Origin: Chrysomallon squamiferum
Lineage: Eukaryota; Animalia; Mollusca
DNA length: 64,000 nt
Reading direction: 5' to 3'
Assembly: GCA_012295275.1 (NCBI GenBank)
Contig: CM022672.1
Span: 25,110,001 to 25,174,000, forward strand
The translations under genes and the position numbers were made by a program. Positions within the stretch are counted from its first letter, which is position 1. Each line of letters starts with the position of its first letter. The notes under the pieces are model-generated. The model did no database searches, was not told where the DNA came from, and worked only from the letters and a program-made list of their open reading frames with translations. Of this stretch, positions 12,281-25,720 are shown piece after piece.

Positions 12281-12908
12281 TTCTTCTAAAAATAAATAAT
12301 AAAAGGAAATAACATAAATAATAAAATTAATTAAGTAGAAAAAGGTTGAAAGAAAGAAATATAACTAGAACAATACAGTATCAATAAAATAGACAAATAA
12401 GTAAATAAATAAATAAATAAATGAAAATTATTCATGATTCTTTTTTTTTTTTTAAAGCTATTTTTAAGAAGAAAATGTTTTTAAAAAAGAAAATAAATAA
12501 AATAAATTTAAAAAACAAAAGAAATAATTATATATACAGATGATAATAATAATTTAGTGATCTTGCTAATTAGATTCAAAGTAGGTGGTTTGGCTGGTAA
12601 AAGATTTTCCAATTTATTTAGACCAATAATAATGTATATACTGTATTTGATCTACTATTATTGTTTAGATTATTTCTGTATTTTTCTGTTGTTACATCAG
12701 AAAACCCCCTTTTTTTTCCTTCTTACCTGTTTTGAAAGTGAGAAAGGCCAATTTTATTGATATAATTTAGTTATTTCTGAAATGTATAGTTAAATTTATT
12801 CCCAAAGCAAAACCATTGTAAAATACCAATTTAGTGATTCTGTGTAAGTATATTTAACAAATAACGTGACAGTCAGAGTGTAACTAAACTGACTGTTAAA
12901 CTGAGAGG

Positions 12909-12942
<34 letters not shown>

Positions 12943-13460
12943 TAAACAAACAAAAAACAAAAAAACAAAAATTTATAGAGTAGTTTTCATAAATTAAATA
13001 AAATTCTACAGAATTTCCACTGCATTAAAGGCAGTTGTTAAAAGAAATTACTCCTGCATAAAAAATGCTACTCAGCTACTTGCTGCTTTGGTTTTATTTC
13101 ATATTTTTTGTAATTTAAAATATTTAAATTTAATGGAGATTTCTGATACTAGTCTGGTTACAGATTCTTTTGCTTCTGTAACATCTTTGGGATAGCTATA
13201 AAGATCTGTGCTTGTAATAAAACTGTTATCAAACAATGAAGAAAACCAAAGTGAGAAAAACACATTAAAACTAAGAACATTCAATAATAAGCAAAAATAT
13301 ATAATTATAACAAATATCTCTGTGAAACTAGAGATATAAATTTATTGCAACTTTTAAAGGTCCACATGATTTTTTAAATACATATATTACACTGCATGGT
13401 AAACATGAGTTATTTGAAAGAGAATTTTAAAATTTTGTGTCAGAAAGGAATATAAATATT

Positions 13461-16400
13461 TTAATATTCAGCAGGATTGACATTGTCTTGACAAAACACA
13501 GCTTGGAGTATGTTGTTTGGTCGCACCAGTTGATTACTTCCAATTACAACCTACAAGTAAACAAAAAAGAATTTGATTGCACTTATAAAGGAATAATAAC
13601 CTGATTATTACACATCTAAAACTATTACAAAATAACGTGGATATATCAATAGCTGAAAGCTAAGATACTGCATCATTGATAGGCATGGTTATTTTTTTAT
13701 ATTTAGAAGCTGATAGTAATACAGGTCTATTCCTTTATCTGAAATATTTGGGATCAGCGGTGTTTCAAATTTCAGAATTTTCAGAAAGCCTGAGAATATA
13801 AGTTTAAATAAATTTTCCATTTATATTTCATAGGCAGCTTACACTATCTGCTAGATTTTTAATATAATTATTTTGAATAATTCTGTGTATAAAATAAATT
13901 TTGTGTATGCAAAACAACCTGAAAACTATATGATATCCCTATTTCTGCTGCTGGGAGAAACATTTTGTTATGTGTCAGTTTTGTAACTTATACCATTTGG
14001 TTACCAGTCAGTTTTGTGACATTCCAGTTTCATGGCAATTACATGTTTATCACTAGACCAATGACAATGACTCCTTAACAAGGTTAACTTCTTATAATAA
14101 TACAACAAGGGTAAATAACATTGTTTACTCCTATTTAAGCTTGTAACAATACACTTGAAACTCAGAACCATGCAGTATTATGGGCTGGTAATGAAATGTT
14201 CAGTAACAAAATGTTGCTAACAAAACATCTTACAGCAATTAAAACTGAAATGATCACTAGTGAATAATAACCACTGAATCACCAGCAAAGTCAGAAAATT
14301 AGAAAGATAAGATTAATAGTGACTACATTATACCTGCATAGGTGTCTTCATTTTGTCAACAACATCATGAATCTGTTTAACTTCAGTTGATGTAATTCCT
14401 CCAACAACGTACAGAATGAGCAGTGGGTGATCACTGGGTCTCGGTTTGCTTACATTCATAAATAAACTGAAATATATATAATTTCATATAAACATCTACA
14501 ACAGGCAAAAAAAAACATTAAAAAAAAGAGAAAAATGTATTGGTGAATTTTATAATATACAAAGAGTTTATTATTATAGAGAAATATTATATAGAATATC
14601 GGAGTATTATTATGCTAGTAAAATTATTTTAGAATGTATTTTGTATTCTCTTTGTAAAATCTCTAATTTAAGTTCTTTTGTTTTTTCTTTCTTTCTTTTT
14701 TCTTTACCTTCTTTATTATTATTTTAAATTCAAATTTGTTTAAAAAAGCTGCAAATAACAACATCTTCATTTCTGTACAGATACAGAACAATGTTAGATT
14801 TTTTTATTTTATTACTATTACTATTGACGTTATTATTGTTATTCTCTAACTCTCTTAACAAATTTCTTTTGTAAATATCTGGATGAAATAATATATGGAA
14901 AGATCTTTTAAAATTATAAGAAAGAAATAAAAAAAATAAAAAAGAAAACAAAAACTTTACCTAAACCCTGATTTAAGCAAATCTTTTAATCCACTTGATT
15001 TGTATTCAACATCAGGCAACTCTGGTTTGCTTGGGTCTAAAATGGCTTCCACAATTTGTTTCAACAAAGGTTTGTTAGAAGGTGGACTCAATGCACCACC
15101 TTTGTCTAAGATGTCCCTAGAAGAAATAATTATACACAAGAAACAATATACAGTTTATTCTAAGTTATTATAATTCCATAAAAAGTCAAAAAGAGATTAA
15201 AGAAAACAAAAGAAACTTTATATTTAATTTTTTGATATATTAAAAAAAAAAAAAATTATTGATGTGTTTCAAATCCTTCTACAGATAATCAAAACCTGTT
15301 CATTATTTTTGCCTGTCTGAGGTAAGAGAACATCTCTCCTTGGACAAAAAATACTAAATGTGTGTGTGTGTGTGTGTGCTTGAATTTATCAGGATAAAAT
15401 TGAAAATAGCCTAAATCTGGAGTCCTGAGATTTGATCTAAGAACTATCTGCTTGTAATGTAAGTGAAATTTTAAATATCTGAAGTTAGTTTTCAATTTGA
15501 GATCAGCATTAAGAATCTATTTCAATTTCACATAGATTTAAAAACACTGTTACTAAGGTCTTTGATATTCCAGTAATGGCAAACTGACTGAAAGGTAACA
15601 ACAACAAAGAAAACAAAAACAACATCATAATAATAATCACCTGAAATTTTTCATGTCCTTTCGAGCTGATCCAACAGCTTCCAGTTTGGACCAAACATCT
15701 TCCACTAAAGTCATAACTATTCCTTTAGTAACTGTATCACCAACTGCAAATATATATAAACTAAAATGCACCTTAATGTTTTTAAAAAGTATACAAAAAT
15801 TTCTATTACTTTAAATTTATTTTGAAAATAAAATATTATTGACTTTTGCTGCAGAAAAACTCATCTAAATAATCATTTTTTTAGATAACAAATGTTAAAA
15901 CTAAACCAACACTTTGTTATTTGAAGGACAGATTTTGTTGGCTATAGCAACAAATTAGTTCACAGCCGAACACTCAAAAAAACTTTGTACAAAAATAAAA
16001 TACCCATTAAAACATACTAAAACAAATAAAATAATAATAATAATAATATTAATGTTAACAATAACAACAACAACAACAACAACAACAATAAATAATAGAA
16101 GAAGAAGCAAATTATAACATCTAAAGATGAAAATTATAATAGAATTTGTTTCTTACCTATGGACTTGATGATGGGAGGAAGCATTTCTTTGTCTCTGATA
16201 ATAAAATCCACTAACAGTTTCTGAAGAATTAAACACATACAGAACAACATTATTATAATAATGCTAATAAAATATTTGATATAAAATGCACAAACAAAAC
16301 ATTGCAGTTATTTATTATTATTATTATTATTATTCTTAGAATAATGAAAATTCAGAAAACAGAAAAAAAAATAAAAGAGGTAATCATTTAAAAACTATCT

Positions 16401-19400
16401 TCTATCACTGAGAAAATGACATTTAATAAATTTATTTACTAAATACTTATTTCCAAAAATTATTATTATTTATTTTAACGTTTACCAAACAATCCAGCAG
16501 TATGTAAATCAAACATTTTTTTCTATGCTAATATTTATCTGTAACAGTTTAAAAGTAAACTATGGTAAGAGGTACATATGTATCCACAAAGTGTTTAACT
16601 ATATTTAAAGATTTGCAAACTTACTTGTATTTTTACACCTTCATCACCACCGTTGCCAATTCCTCCTGATAAAGAATACACGTAGAGAAGAAAACACAGA
16701 AAGTCATCCAAACTGTACAATCTGAAACATTTACAAATGGCATTTAAATCATCTACAATAGACATTTAATTCATATACAAATGATATTTAATACATTTAC
16801 TAATGGCATTTAAAACATTTACAACCGACATCTAATATATTTGTAATTGACATTTAATATATTTACAACTGATATTTAACACATTTACAAATGAGATTTA
16901 TACATTAACAAGTGACTTTTAAAACATTTTTCCTCTAATAGAAATGTCATTGTATTCACAGTAAGAACCATTAAATAATTCACTGAAAGAAGCATTCTAA
17001 AAATCATCTCAAACATTATCTGAAAAAAAGTATTTTAGGTTCTAAAAACAAAAGGATTACCACAGATATAATGACCCCCAAGAGAAGCTGTTTATTGTCT
17101 ACCATTATTTTTAAACAACTTTTCTACACACCTGTCTGCTGGAGGTTTCTCAAACTCTGTTCTCATCAAGTCAAGAAGATATGACAAACCAGCAGAGAGG
17201 GAGTCATCTTCTTCTCCAATCACCTGTACCAGGTTCCTCTCCACACTAACCAGATTTTCATGGCGCTTGCATTCAGGGTGTTTCAGGGCTTGTGTTGTTG
17301 CCATAGCAGCCTGAATAATATCTAGGTGTGGCTGAATTGCCTGGTAATTTCCTCTAAAAAAGGATAAAATTATGATACAGCAAAAGGTCTTGCTTAATTT
17401 GTAAGAAATGTATCACTAATGATGTATTTAAAATAATAAATAGCTCTAAAAAATTTCAAACATTAAATCTGAATTTTTTTTTAGAATAAGCAAAGTTTTG
17501 ACAGTAGTAATCTAAATGTGCTGAATTCATAATAAGACATCATATTAAAAGGCAAGGCTAATGTTAACATGACTTTATACCTCTATAGAAAAAAGTATAT
17601 TCTTTACATCCATCTTTGGAATTATTATTATTATTGTTATTGCTATTATTACATTTCCATCTTTCTTTTCAGTATAATAGCAAGTTTAAAAAAAATCTAT
17701 CTACTTGAAAAGTGTTAGAGTGCTGTCCATCTGATCAACTGTTACTCTTCCAGGTTTTCCTGACAGTTTCAAAGGAAGTTTTTCTAATGATGCTGCCTCG
17801 ACCAGATGTCTGTTCACATCCATTAAACCTTCCTGGAAAACAATTATTATTATCAAGTCATGACTACTGTTAAAATAAATAAATAAATAAATTTAATAAA
17901 ATAAAAAATTAAAATAAAATGTGTTTAATTGAAAAAAAGAAGATAATTTATTTAACATTTACTGTTAGACATATTTTATTCATTAAGTTCTGTAAGTGAA
18001 CATAATTGAAGAAGAAAAAAAAGATTTCCAGTTTTTGATTTTCTAAATAATATTAATATATTTTATTTAAATAATAATTTGTATATACATTAATGCTACT
18101 TTGTTACAGATTTTAAATCTTTTTCTGTTTTAATTATTATTATTTTTTAACATGGCTGCATTTTTTAATCTTACTTTTAGCTTGGATGTTACTAGGAACT
18201 GAATATTTGGCAATTCACCATTACATGTCACAGTTCCAGACAAACTTCCTGGCACAATAACTCCTGGACTAGAATTATTGAAAAAAAATATTGTTAATTC
18301 TTTTACAGCAATTACATTTGTCTAAAATTTTCTGAAAATGAAAATGAACATTTTTGTATACACACAAAGCAGTATAAAGCAGGCACTCATGTGTTTATTT
18401 TAATCTTGATTAAGCGAACCAAATACAGATACAACAAATGTCTTTCACTTAATTAACCATCACTGGAGTGTTAAAAAAAAATAAAAATAACATTTTTATT
18501 GCAAATTATCTGTTCTTTCTTGAATAGAAATATCTGCTAAATTTAGATATATATTACAGTCAATCTCTGAAACCAGACATTACCTTGAAATATTTAGTCA
18601 TTTCATGTAATCCCTACAATTTACAGTCATTTCATGAAAATGACTGCTTTTTATTACACAAAATGTCTGAATATGGGTCAGGCAATATATTTAACATGAC
18701 AACATATCACTTTATTATTTAAATTAGTGTGCAAAAATTACCTGTCAACAGAACACAGAGAAGTCATATCTATTAACACGTCGTTATGGTGACCAGGCAG
18801 AACAGGAAGAACACTGGTAATTTTATCAAGAAGAGTTTCAAACTGATAACTCAAACAACTGGTAACATCTAAAGTCCTGTCTATCAAAACCAAACATGCT
18901 CTGTTTGGAGCATTCTGAAATAAATTTAATTTTTTTTTTTTTTAATGATTTGCGTTAACAAAACATATCATATTCATAAAATAAGAAAGATAAAACTGTT
19001 TAAACATCTTGATCATCGGATCACCTGATATTTAAAGTTTAAGAATACAAATAGTCAGTAGATGCTAATAATGTGCAGTCTAAATGAGGATACAGTTGTA
19101 AATATGTGCAGCAGTCATACACAAGCTTTTTATATTTTATAAAACTTAGTAAAATAAAAGATGTATTTCATGTTGTTAGTTATACTTATTAGTAAAATAT
19201 TTCAAGCATATTTGCCCTACATTTAAAAAGGAAAAAAATATATAATAACAAGCCAACAAAACTTGAATGAATGAATGAATGAATAAATGAATTTTTAATG
19301 ACACCCCAGCATAAATTACATATAGGCTATTGGGTGTCAAACCAAAGGTAAATACAACAAAATCGTGATTACTTTATATATAAATATTCAAAAATAAATT

Positions 19401-22400
19401 AAAACCCTGTGCAAAGACAATGAAAGAGTTGTGCAAAAATAAAAATATGACTGCTTTATTTAAATCAAAATTTATAGTAAAAATCTATAACTCTCAAATT
19501 TTTTAAAACAAGTTCAAGTTGGAATCAAAAAGATTCTGGATGTCAAATAGAGGAATGAAAATGACTGATATGAAATCAAACATAAAAAAATATAAAAATA
19601 TCAAAGTAGGGGTAAACAAGGTGTAAAGAGCTGAGGAAAAATAAAAATATCACATTTGTTTGAAATTTAAAATTTATTATAAAAAGGAGGTTTTCTTTAA
19701 AAAGGTTAGTCCAACAACATTTAACTGTACAACAAATGTTATCATGGCAAACTCTCTAATATGAAATCACAGCCCCATATCAAAAACATATTTTGACAAA
19801 ATAATGTATAAAGGTGTCATGCCATTCAGTGAAATTAGTTTTTACTGTGCAATAATAATTTTTAACAGTATAAAATCAAACACAAAAATAAAATATAATG
19901 AATGAAAAAATTGTAATAATCATCAAAGGCATATTAGTTAAATATTTTAGTTTGATGTGTTAAATTACTGATAACAACAACTGACAGAAAACACTGACAA
20001 CTGCAGTCTGATTGTAACTTAACACAGTTATGTCCCTTCGTTTAAAACGATCATAAATAAATTGATCATTTTATTTTGTTTTGATTATAAGCAGATTTTA
20101 TTCAGTTTTTATTTTCACATAGTAGTTTATTAACTTAATAGTGTACTGTGTTTTTAAAAGAAATACTTAACACACCTTTGATGATACCTTTCTGATGTTT
20201 CAGAAGTAACAAAAATGGCTAAAAACGTGATTAGTCAGAAACAAATACTTTTGGCTCCAGATTTATAAAACTTTCAATAAATAAATAGAAAAATGTGTGT
20301 AACACTCATAAATTCAAAGCTTTATAAATTCCCAACAAAATTAATTTTCACAATTTATTAGAGGCCATAAACAGATTATTATCATAAATATATTTTTCTA
20401 ATAATTTTTAACATCTCTTAAAATAACTGGAGAAAAAAAAAAAATTGCCCAAACAAATTCTTTAACATATATATATAAGATATTATTGATTTCAGACTGC
20501 TTGAACTATCATATCACAGATAAAGATTCTGTTTTAATATTTAACTATTTAATCTTTACCTTTCTTCTCAATTTAGCTGGAGGAAAGTTCTCAATTTCTG
20601 TAGCAAGCAGGCGACTGGTGTGTCCAACACAGTAAACATCTTCCCTTACTTCCAGCTCTGTCATGAGTCCATCTATACTGGCAGCAAACATCTGAATACA
20701 ATTCACAGAAAATTACTAACTTACAGCACAGTATTAAAGGGTATTGAAAACATTAAAAGGATATAAATATACTGACTTTCCTATTTCTCTACTAGTATAC
20801 CAAGACAAAAAATGTTCATAAAAATTAATGTGCTGAAACAAATGAAAATCTATTAAAATAATTAAATATGTTTTATTTCAGATAAATTAAACAAAACCAC
20901 AGACACCAAAATGTTTTATACTTAAATCTGCAATGCTTTTCAATGAGTTATGGCATAATGTAATATAAAATATTTTATTTCTGCATAAATATAACCTTCA
21001 ACTGCATGTGCAATGGTTTCGTCAAATGAATGGACTCTATTTCTGCTAGATCTTCAAAAAGCCTCCTTTCCATCTGAAACAAAAGTCTAAATAAATCAAT
21101 AAACAAAACACAATAATTAAATAAATCACCTTAAGGCAACTGCAAGAACATGACATTTATCCGAGAATTATAAACCAAAGATATACATATTTGTATTATT
21201 ATTATTTTTAGATCAATGAAATACATCATTAATATCATTAATGTCAAAGTAAACAAACCTTTCCTTGCCTCCCAGAATTGTACTGCAGTTCAACCCTTTT
21301 CACATCAGTCTCCAGTAATGGAAACATTTCAGAGTATGCTGGTGTCACAAATAATTGAGGACAAATGTTTACAGTAAAGAACGGAATATAAAATACTTCA
21401 GCAGTATAGTTCTGAAAAACAATGACAAAAACTTCTTTACAATATTTAATCCTTGTTCCTAAAAGAGGCTGAAAAGTAAAATCAGATTAAAAATGTTAAT
21501 TAAGTAAATACACTGGAGAAATAATATGTAGTTTGATTTTAAATTATATATTGCTGGTCAAATGATATTACTGATCTCAAAATGCACATGCTGTACACAG
21601 AGACACACATACTCTGCAAACACACACACAAAATTACACATACATGCAAACACATTTATAAAAATAGAAACAAAATACATACAAACATATGTGTATATAG
21701 ATACACAGAAATATGTACAAACATATGCATACATACATACAGGTCAACATACACACAAAAACACATTAACAACAAAACATATATACATACCATATTTCCC
21801 ATCCATTCTAAGAGTTTATTTTCAAATTTCTCAAACACTGACTTATCATCTCCTTCAGTGCTTCCAGTCTTTTCAAACAGATGAACTGCCTGACTTACAG
21901 CTGTTAGAACAACAATGTACTGAAAACTGCTTTGTTGTACAATATCTTTTATCACTTCTGCTGTCACACCACTGAGCAAAGAACTAACCAAGAAAACTGC
22001 TTTCTTTTGGTCATTTTTCCCACTCTGAAAATACAAGATATATCATTCTTATTCTATAAAGAGTTTTGTTAATTTATTGTTATATTTGTCACTGCAAGAC
22101 ATTAGACAGCTTTATTTTATGATGAAGTATCATTAAGCCTTAATTTATTCAATCATTATCTTACCTTTTGATAGCAGGATGATACATATTTGTAACTTTC
22201 TTAAAACAGAAATTAATAAATTATTATACAAAACAACTGCATTTAATTATCTAATGCACTATTAATGATTCAAAAATTATTATTATCCTATAAACATTTT
22301 GTAGAGGAAATTTTAATTTTTACTGTACACACTGGGTTGAATATCAAATGAAGTTATTTACAATTATATGGTCAATGACACGATTAAACTAACCTCAAAA

Positions 22401-22567
22401 GAAGAAAATTCTCGCACATCATCAGCTCCTGCCTGAAGCAAACGCGTCAGACCTCCATGCCAGTGCAGGATTTCAGCACAGGAATTATCAGAGAATACTA
22501 CAGAATGTTTGACATATTGCGATACTCCTTTCCATAGAGAATCACTGCACTGTCTTACTGTTTTCAT
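13461..22567 (-). CDS. SCFD2: Sec1 family domain-containing protein 2 (SM family), 676 aa; 15 coding exons: 22394-22567, 21791-22024, 21259-21411, 20996-21073, 20560-20691, 18742-18914, 18175-18268, 17705-17832, 17132-17353, 16625-16721, 16157-16220, 15641-15743, 14961-15116, 14334-14466, 13461-13550
   Basis: All introns are GT-AG and phase-consistent, giving 2031 nt from ATG to TAA. Motifs are an SCFD2-type N-terminus (VKHSVVFSDNSCAEILHWHGG), the SM-family LVLIDRTLD, EAILDPSKPELPDVEYKSSGLKDLLKSGFSLFMNVSKPRPSDHPLLILYVVGGITSTEV and terminal VVIGSNQL. Length is similar to vertebrate SCFD2. Confidence 0.95.
13720..14290. mobile_element. Degenerate Tigger4/Zombi-like DNA transposon remnant in the last SCFD2 intron
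   Basis: TACAGGTCTATTCCTTTATCTGAAATATTTGGGATCAGCGGTGTTTCAAATTTCAG resembles the Tigger4/MER46 end as I recall it (CAGGTTGAGTATCCCTTATCCGAAATGCTTGGGACCAGAAGTGTTTCGGATTTC), with further similarity to ~13950. The right end is uncertain. Confidence 0.5.
16727..16930. repeat. Degenerate ~21-22 bp minisatellite (ACATTTACAAATGACATTTAAT), ~9 copies
   Basis: Visible periodicity directly adjacent to the SCFD2 exon-10 acceptor. Confidence 0.8.
19266..19760 (-). mobile_element. Probable LINE 3'-end remnant in SCFD2 intron 5
   Basis: (GAAT)n tail followed by GACACCCCAGC...GGCTATTGGGTGTC, a small inverted-repeat stem-loop typical of LINE/SINE 3' ends, with two similar AAAATATCAC/GAC...AAATTTA blocks. Family not determined. 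Confidence 0.35.
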
Positions 22568-22689
22568 CTTAGATGTTTATCTTAACAACAAGCTATATTA
22601 AAAAAATATATATTAAAATGATCAACTATAATATATCATTTATACGATCATCATGTTATAATTTATCACCATAATTCTTTAAAATAGAG

Positions 22690-23080
22690 TGTTGAAACGG
22701 GTTTAGGTACATCGAGATACACCTATAGTGTGTACGGAAGTTGTCAGCCAGGCATGGAAGGGAAATAATCGAAACTGAAATAAAGGCAGCGAACAATTTC
22801 AGCCACTGTGAAAGCCGCGGACGATAGATAACTCCAGCGAACAGTTTATCGCACGTCAATTCTTTCAAACAAATAGTTCCCAGTTTAAACTTATCAGATA
22901 TAAAAATATTCTTAATTATATTTTTTATTATAAAATAATGCATATGTGATTCAGAACTTTAGCAAAAATAAAATTTCAGATATTTAATGCAATTTAACTT
23001 AAGAAATATCGTGTTTTGTTATATATTATTCTGCACTGGATACACTGTTCGTTAGCGTAGTAGCAGCGTTACAGGAAAAT
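22690..23080. promoter_or_regulatory. Probable SCFD2 promoter / 5' UTR exon region, possibly bidirectional
   Basis: Local CpG-rich patch just upstream of the SCFD2 ATG exon, between CpG-poor flanks. The ATG exon has its own acceptor at 22593-22594, implying a non-coding first exon here. Confidence 0.5.
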
Positions 23081-23597
23081 CAAATTTATAATATGTTTAT
23101 TTTGTTGTATTCTTTTCCTGTTTAATAGTTTATAATTAATCTCATTTTTATAATTTGTATTCTTGTTTCGTACTGATCATTTGTTGTTTTAAACGCCTTC
23201 AGTGTTGGTTAATTAATACTGTATAGTAAACTTTGAAATATTAATCACCATTTCTAATTTTTTTTCATCCACTTCTGTCATGACAAGCTAATTTGTCTTC
23301 TTTTAGATTCGAATCGTTGGTTTTCAAGACTGGTTATTAAACGAGATGACAGCAGAAATATGTTACCAATAAAAACCCTGATAAAAAATCAAAGAGTTTC
23401 ATTTAAATTTAAAGTTATTCCTATTTGAAATAGTGTATCATAACTTTATGTCTGGCTACAGAAAATCAAATTCAAAATATTAATGTTATATACTTCTTTA
23501 GCAGAAAGTAGAATCTGCAGGCCCAGGCTTTATTATTATACAAATATATTTAGGGATGGTACTATAAATGGACTATATAAACCACTTAACTGAGATC

Positions 23598-24115
23598 TAC
23601 AGACAGAACTAAATGCTATGACATAACTCACTATATGTGGTCTGATCCATAAAAGTAGATTTAGAAAATGCATAGACATTTGCATCACAGGGTTTAGGTC
23701 AGTAGGTGGTGTTACTTTCAGTTGTTGTTAGCAACATTAACCTTCTTTTTACAGACAGAATGAAATGCTGTGACATAAGTCACTGCATGTGGACTAGACC
23801 AAAGTAGTGTATACATTTGTGTCATGGCACTCAGTTTAAGGACACAAGGGGTTTACTAGGGGGTGTTACTGTAAATCACCATTGCCATCATTCATATTTA
23901 TTTTACAGACACAACTAAATGCTGTGACATAAATCACCTGGTCTAAACCATTGTAGTAAGTAGTCTTAGGAACCACATAGACATTTGTGTAAAAAAACTC
24001 AGTTTAAGGTCAGGAGGGGTTTTACTAAGGTGTGTTACTATAAGTCGTCATTGGCAACATTGATCTTCCTTTTACAAACAGAACTAAAATCAGTAGATGT
24101 GCTAAATCCATAGTA
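23598..24115. repeat. Degenerate ~150-170 bp tandem repeat, ~3.3 copies
   Basis: TACAGACAGAACTAAATGCT(A/G)TGACATAA-like unit starts at 23598, 23750, 23904 and 24073; shared GGTGTTACT and CATTTG blocks. Confidence 0.85.
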
Positions 24116-24554
24116 GAGGATAGATTATTATTTATTACCTGAATGGATTACAAAAGAAATCATTGTTACATAACATTAGTTTGACACTGATATTGCAGTT
24201 ATGTTAATCTGTTCTCTTTCTAGGTATGTTGAAAGTGATTGGCCTCTACTGCACATGAACCTGTTGTAGATGATGTGTCTGTTAAGACAAGTTTTTACAA
24301 GGGGTATCTGTATGTGTGTGTGTTATTTTTTTTTTTTCTAATTTATTTTAGGATATAAATCTAAGACATTTCTCACTAATTGTTATATTAAAACTGCCAA
24401 TTTACAATATACTATTATAATCTACTATTTGTTAGCTGTTTTCATCAGCAGATCATATGCATATTCTTTATATTCATATTTGTTTCTCAGGTTTCATTGT
24501 TTCTATAGGTGATTTTTTTTATACTGTTATAATAAGTTCATTATATTTTTACAG

Positions 24555-25720
24555 TGTATGAAAAGTGGAAAATGTCAAACATTTCTTGAAATGCCTCATC
24601 CAGTTGTTGACCTTTGGATGGGATGACACGCTTCTGGTATTTAAATTGAACTTTTATCACTGTTCATATACTTTGTTGTGATGGAAGATAATTTTTGTCA
24701 AATCCTGGGTTTTTAAATAATACTGTAACAAAACATTTCAGATGGACGTGAGGAGGAGCAAACATTCGAGGACGATGTTTGTGATGCAGTTACATCATAA
24801 GATGATTGTTCTGTTGATTATAGTAATAATTTCTCATTCTGGGAAAAAGTGAAGAAGTCAAAACCTCAAGAAAGGTGTATTGATGCTTTTTCCCCACTTA
24901 CTCACACACATACATAATTACATTCATTAAAAGCTACTTCAAACTGTTTATTATATTTATAATTTGACACATATTTCTGCTGTCAGTTTTTTTTATTGAG
25001 ATAAACATGTATTTGTCTGTTGACAGAAACCAGCAGTAAAAGATGCAATGCTTCAAAAAGTATAATAAAATCGGTAGAAAAAGTCTTGTTATTGTTTCAT
25101 TTATTGTTATAAATTTTCAGTTGTTTACCTTCCTTTGTGTTTGTTTATGTTTGTTACAGTTAAATTATATCCACCCTTTCTTTTGATAGGCTTACCATCA
25201 GAGAAATAGTTCGGTGTTCTGTACCTGAGATATACTCTACATACAAACTTCTAGTGCAGTAGCATTTGAGTTGCAAGCTCGGCAGTGGGAAAATGTACTG
25301 AAATTACAAAAAGGCAGACAATTTGCATGGCAAATAGCAAGATGTTTTTGTTGAAGGATTAAAAGAAAGCAATCCATATTGCTTTTTCATGTTCAAACAT
25401 TGTCATGTATCTTCTGCTACAAAAAAATCAAAAAGGAATAGACTGCTGCTCAGGCTTACTGTATTTTTGCACATTGTTCTGTGAATGTCTGCTTGAAAAT
25501 GTATACATTGAACAGAGCAACATCTTAGGCCTGTCAGAGAAAATTTGAAAAAGAGACTGCTCATGGTAAGAAAGCCTTGCAGCAGTATTTGGAATGTGTT
25601 AAGAATGCTAAGTCAGACACATTTGTAGCTGGAAATGTCAGTGGTTATGGAAAATACAAAAGTGTGTTTTGTCAAATTGCTTCTGAATCTAGGAAAAGAG
25701 ATAGAAGAAATGAATCCTGA
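24555..25720 (+). pseudogene. Decayed intron-containing transposase-like gene (Mutator/Foldback NOF-type, tentative)
   Basis: Exon-like blocks with good acceptors and donors (24555-24636, 24742-24874, from 25190). Frame-broken peptides: WENVLKLQKGRQF / QDVFVEGLKESNPYCFFMFKHCHV / AQAYCIFAHCSVNVCLKM / EQHLRPVRENLKKRL / YLECVKNAKSDTFVAGNVSGYGKYKSVFCQIASESR. From memory these resemble the N-terminal Cys/His region of NOF-FB/MULE-like transposases. Multiple stops and frameshifts. Confidence 0.45.
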
